Origin: Naegleria gruberi
Lineage: Eukaryota
Assembly: GCA_000004985.1 (NCBI GenBank)
Contig: GG738878.1
Direction: 5' to 3' (one strand)
DNA length: 64,000 nucleotides
Shown here: in pieces, positions 61,076-64,000 of the stretch
How the letters are laid out: every line of letters begins with the position of its first letter
Position numbering within the stretch: position 1 is the first letter of the stretch
Translations under genes and position numbers: made by a program
The notes under the pieces: model-generated
What the model was told of the DNA's origin: nothing
What the model saw: only the letters and a program-made list of their open reading frames with translations
Database searches by the model: none

Positions 61076-61783
61076 TTACAAAGCTTGAACAGTATTAATA
61101 ACCTTATCCAAATCATTAACCTTCTTATCAACAACACTTGTTGCCTGATTAACAATTCCATTAGCAGCATTTGAAATATTATCAGCAGCTTGTTCAACCT
61201 TCTTTTGAACTGAATCAGTCACTTGATTAATCTTTGCATTGATTGCTTCGGTAATTTGCTTTTCCTTCTTTTGATATTCTTGTTCAAGTTTCTTGACAAT
61301 ACTTTCAATTTGCTTCTTGAGTTGAGCTTCAATCTTTTCCTTAGTCTTTTCGAATTGAACTTTGAGTTTATCCTTTAATTGAACTGCCTTCTTGGAAATT
61401 TCACCTTTAATCTTGTCAACTTGTTGTTTGGCAATTGTGCTGACTTTGGAGAAAACTTCCTTTGCTTTGGCTTCGACTGCCTTCTTGACTTTATTCTTGG
61501 TTTCGGCGAATTTCTTACCTAAAAATTGTTTCTTAGCTTCAACGAATTCGGCTACTTTATCCTTAACTCCATTAATTCCCTTTCCAAGATTAGTTTTGAG
61601 ATTTTCACCAATCTTTTTCAATTCATCGAGGAATTCAGTATCAGCTTCCAATGAATCAGCTTCTAAGGAGAGTGCACTCAATCCTCTGGCATTAAGTGAA
61701 ACTGCTGCTTGGGTGTTTCCAATAATGAGCGCAAGAATGCAGACGAAAGTAAGAGCTAATACAAGTTTGAATGTTGTTGACAT
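61076..61783 (-). CDS. Secreted Lys/Glu-rich amphipathic-helix protein (apolipoprotein/LEA-like), 235 aa
   Basis: Signal peptide MSTTFKLVLALTFVCILALIIGNTQA. The remainder is K/E/A/Q-rich with repeated amphipathic heptad/11-mer character (..KAKEVFSKVSTIAKQQVDKIKGEISKKAVQLKDKLKVQFEKTKEKIEAQLKK..). The stop is 100 bp from the tRNA-Ile gene. Confidence 0.5.
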   Translation of the reverse strand: MSTTFKLVLALTFVCILALIIGNTQAAVSLNARGLSALSLEADSLEADTEFLDELKKIGENLKTNLGKGINGVKDKVAEFVEAKKQFLGKKFAETKNKVKKAVEAKAKEVFSKVSTIAKQQVDKIKGEISKKAVQLKDKLKVQFEKTKEKIEAQLKKQIESIVKKLEQEYQKKEKQITEAINAKINQVTDSVQKKVEQAADNISNAANGIVNQATSVVDKKVNDLDKVINTVQAL

Positions 61784-62240
61784 TTTTTTTTGATTTTAAT
61801 GATTAGTAACAGATCAATGTTGAATGAAATTTATAGTTTTGGAGAATGATGTTTTGAGATGACTCCCCTTTCGAATTATTATTCGAAAATACAAAACTAC
61901 AACTCTGAAATCGGGTGACAAGACTTTCAGTGAACTATTGTTTGAAAACTTTATACAACCTATTGGCAGGAATTCAAGATTAAGTTTTGTGGAATTTAAT
62001 TTTGTAATAAATCAAAATTTCAAAGTTTCGAATAGCTAAGCGTTCAGTTTAAGTAATGAAATTGTCCAAGAAAGTATCATTCAAAAGTTACCAATTAATA
62101 TTCAAAAAGTCCAAAATAGGCAAAACAAAATAGCTCCAAAAAAAGTCAAATCACAAAACTACAATTCTATAAATTCCCGCCAATTTTTTTCACTTCCAAA
62201 AAACCAACACAAAAAAACAACAACAAAACATCACAACAAC

Positions 62241-62510
62241 ATGACTGCCGCTCATAAACTCGGATTTCAATACTTTATCTACAAGCCTTACGTTTGGTTG
62301 GGTGGATTAACACTCTTGAGTGCTGGTTCTTATTTGAATTTACAATGGCAAACTAATCAACAAGGAAAGAAGTTTCAGGATGCTCGTCCTTCAGTGGAAA
62401 CTCTTGCTTTTGAATCAAAATATAGTTTGAGACCAGGAGAACAGAAGGATGCATTGACTGGTGTTGATTTTTCACCAATTTCTCATTCGAATTGGGTTAA
62501 GAGAGATTAG
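62241..62510 (+). CDS. Small protein (89 aa) with one predicted TM helix; unknown function
   Basis: Real ATG in an A-rich context. One hydrophobic helix, YVWLGGLTLLSAGSYLNL. No motif recognised. Confidence 0.3.
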   Translation: MTAAHKLGFQYFIYKPYVWLGGLTLLSAGSYLNLQWQTNQQGKKFQDARPSVETLAFESKYSLRPGEQKDALTGVDFSPISHSNWVKRD

Positions 62511-63162
62511 TATATTACATTATATCAATCTCCATCGCATTTTCTTCCTCACTTTCTAAATATTCTGTAAATTAACCTTCTTTCCAAATTGCTAATGCTC
62601 AACTAATGTAAATAAATCCAACTGAAATGACTAAATTATAAGGAGTGACCAAAGAATTGAAATGTTCCTTAGAACAATTGAGAATCTTCGCAAAAATTGG
62701 TGATGAAAGAGCTTCCATAATAAAAAAGTAGCGATTTCAATTACTTTGTCTGGATTATTCAATGGTTGAGAATCATGTGGATTGCAATATTGAGATTCGA
62801 ACAACCATGCGAAGTTATTGGAAATACATAACACCGATGATACGCCAAGTACAAATTTTCCTTATTGACAAGCTACATACTAAAAACCGCAAAGATAACA
62901 AATCCAAACAAATCACTAATCAATGGGTAAGTTTATGACAAGTTATGCATTATTTGTATCGGGAAAGAGTCCTTTGATGGCATTCTTCTTTTTCTAACAA
63001 AAATTTCCTTTCGAATAATTATAACAACGAAAAATCAAATCTCCTCAACTCACAAATGTAACCAAGATGTGCATTTTCAGTCCTGTTCACAACAAACATT
63101 GTCAAATTGATTCGAATAGTATTTAAACATTTCAAAGATACAAAAAACAAGAAAAAAACAAA

Positions 63163-64000
63163 ATGACAAACCAACAACAAGATGGTGGAGTAATTAACAC
63201 CACCTTCTCATCACCTCCAAACCAACAGTTTCGTATAAATTCACCACCTTCTCTCACTAACCTGACAAGTCAAACTTCATCTCAAGACACAATGCTTGCT
63301 GACTCACCAACCAAGATCAATAACAGTTCTCTTAATAGAAGAGAGTCCTCCACTCAAAAATCTACAACTAAAAGTTTACCATCCTCATCCAAAACTCCAA
63401 GAAGCTCCTCAGTTACAGGTTTCCATTCGAGAAACTTTCGTATATATACATGCTGTGGTATTCTAGAGCTGAATTGCTTGAAAATGACAAGTTTCCTTGC
63501 CTTGATCGTTAGTTTATTTGCTTTTGCATCCTTGATTGTGATCATTAGTGTAAACTATTCGATTGTTGCAGGTTTCAAAGCAACATTAGCAAATTTAGAC
63601 ACTGACGGAACTTATTACAGAGAATTAATGAAGTTATCTGCACGTGCTGCAGTCACAGCTGAATATAACAGAACATTGTCATTGGAATATGTCAATTTGT
63701 ACAATAATTATTACTATTTATACTATGTAGATTTAAACGCAACCATTGCAAATGTTCCTGCTTCAGTGCTGTATTGGAATCAACACAACATGTTGAGAGA
63801 CGATGTCAAATCCAGAAGAGCTGTCAAGATGGAAATCACCATGATGGTTCAAGTGACAAGTGGCAACTATTCTGCAGCTTTACAAACTCTCGATTCAGCT
63901 CAATACAAAGATTTATTAACAGGTTACCAGGAAGAAGTTCAAAGTATCTTTGATTATGCCGATAACATGAAAGAACAAAGTGCAAATCTCGATTTGGCAA
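63163..64000 (+). CDS. 5' part of a membrane protein gene (partial, continues beyond the window): Ser/Thr-rich N-terminus, one TM, then an extracellular/luminal domain
   Basis: Frame is open from ATG 63163 to the end of the window (279 codons), so it is absent from the supplied ORF list. MTNQQQDGGV..S/T-rich.., then TM FLALIVSLFAFASLIVIISV, then a non-repetitive domain (..LYWNQHNMLRDDVKSRRAVKMEITMMVQVTSGNYSAALQTLDSAQYKDLL..). Confidence 0.5.
   Translation, partial: MTNQQQDGGVINTTFSSPPNQQFRINSPPSLTNLTSQTSSQDTMLADSPTKINNSSLNRRESSTQKSTTKSLPSSSKTPRSSSVTGFHSRNFRIYTCCGILELNCLKMTSFLALIVSLFAFASLIVIISVNYSIVAGFKATLANLDTDGTYYRELMKLSARAAVTAEYNRTLSLEYVNLYNNYYYLYYVDLNATIANVPASVLYWNQHNMLRDDVKSRRAVKMEITMMVQVTSGNYSAALQTLDSAQYKDLLTGYQEEVQSIFDYADNMKEQSANLDLA

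Overview
This window reads as gene-dense eukaryotic nuclear DNA, not a prokaryotic or viral locus. It is visibly AT-rich. It has spliceosomal introns with GTAAGT/GTATGT donors and AG acceptors, many only 25-70 nt long. It carries a nuclear-type tRNA gene, ubiquitin and SUMO pathway genes, a SET-domain gene and SPO11. I count roughly 35 protein-coding genes on both strands, usually separated by under 0.5 kb and sometimes with abutting or overlapping 3' ends. The gene content is consistent with a free-living heterolobosean amoeboflagellate such as Naegleria; I infer this from memory of the gene content and cannot confirm it without a search. That content includes a receptor-type class III nucleotidyl cyclase, a hybrid histidine kinase, and tandem F-box/LRR genes built from 24-residue repeats.

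Confident calls:
- VPS13-like lipid transporter (3176 aa, single exon)
- Sec14/CRAL-TRIO protein
- hybrid histidine kinase
- short-chain dehydrogenase
- SET-domain methyltransferase
- sarcosine/pipecolate oxidase
- MOB1
- Cache-domain receptor cyclase
- 2OG-Fe(II) oxygenase with a long C-terminal extension
- SPO11
- UBC9
- a free GG-terminated ubiquitin-like protein
- Rnl1-type RNA ligase
- a compact neurofibromin-like RasGAP-Sec14 protein
- UBE2D-type E2
- GPR107/TMEM87-like 7TM protein
- a zinc metallopeptidase
- a PB1-UBA protein
- tRNA-Ile(AAU)

The most interesting points:
- a stand-alone T4-Rnl1-like RNA ligase
- the bacterial-type Cache sensor fused to a cyclase
- the SPO11–UBC9–Ubl neighbourhood
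- extremely short introns, including one of 25 nt
- a GC-richer intergenic island that may hold a non-coding RNA
- a tandem-duplicated F-box/LRR pair with 72-bp coding repeats and a partly inverted shared downstream element
- a tRNA-Ile gene with a degenerate tRNA-derived copy 1.1 kb away

Splice coordinates were worked out by hand and may be off by 1-2 nt. Several ORFs in the supplied track begin at non-ATG codons (TTG/GTG translated as M). I treat those starts as artefacts and place starts at the first plausible ATG.
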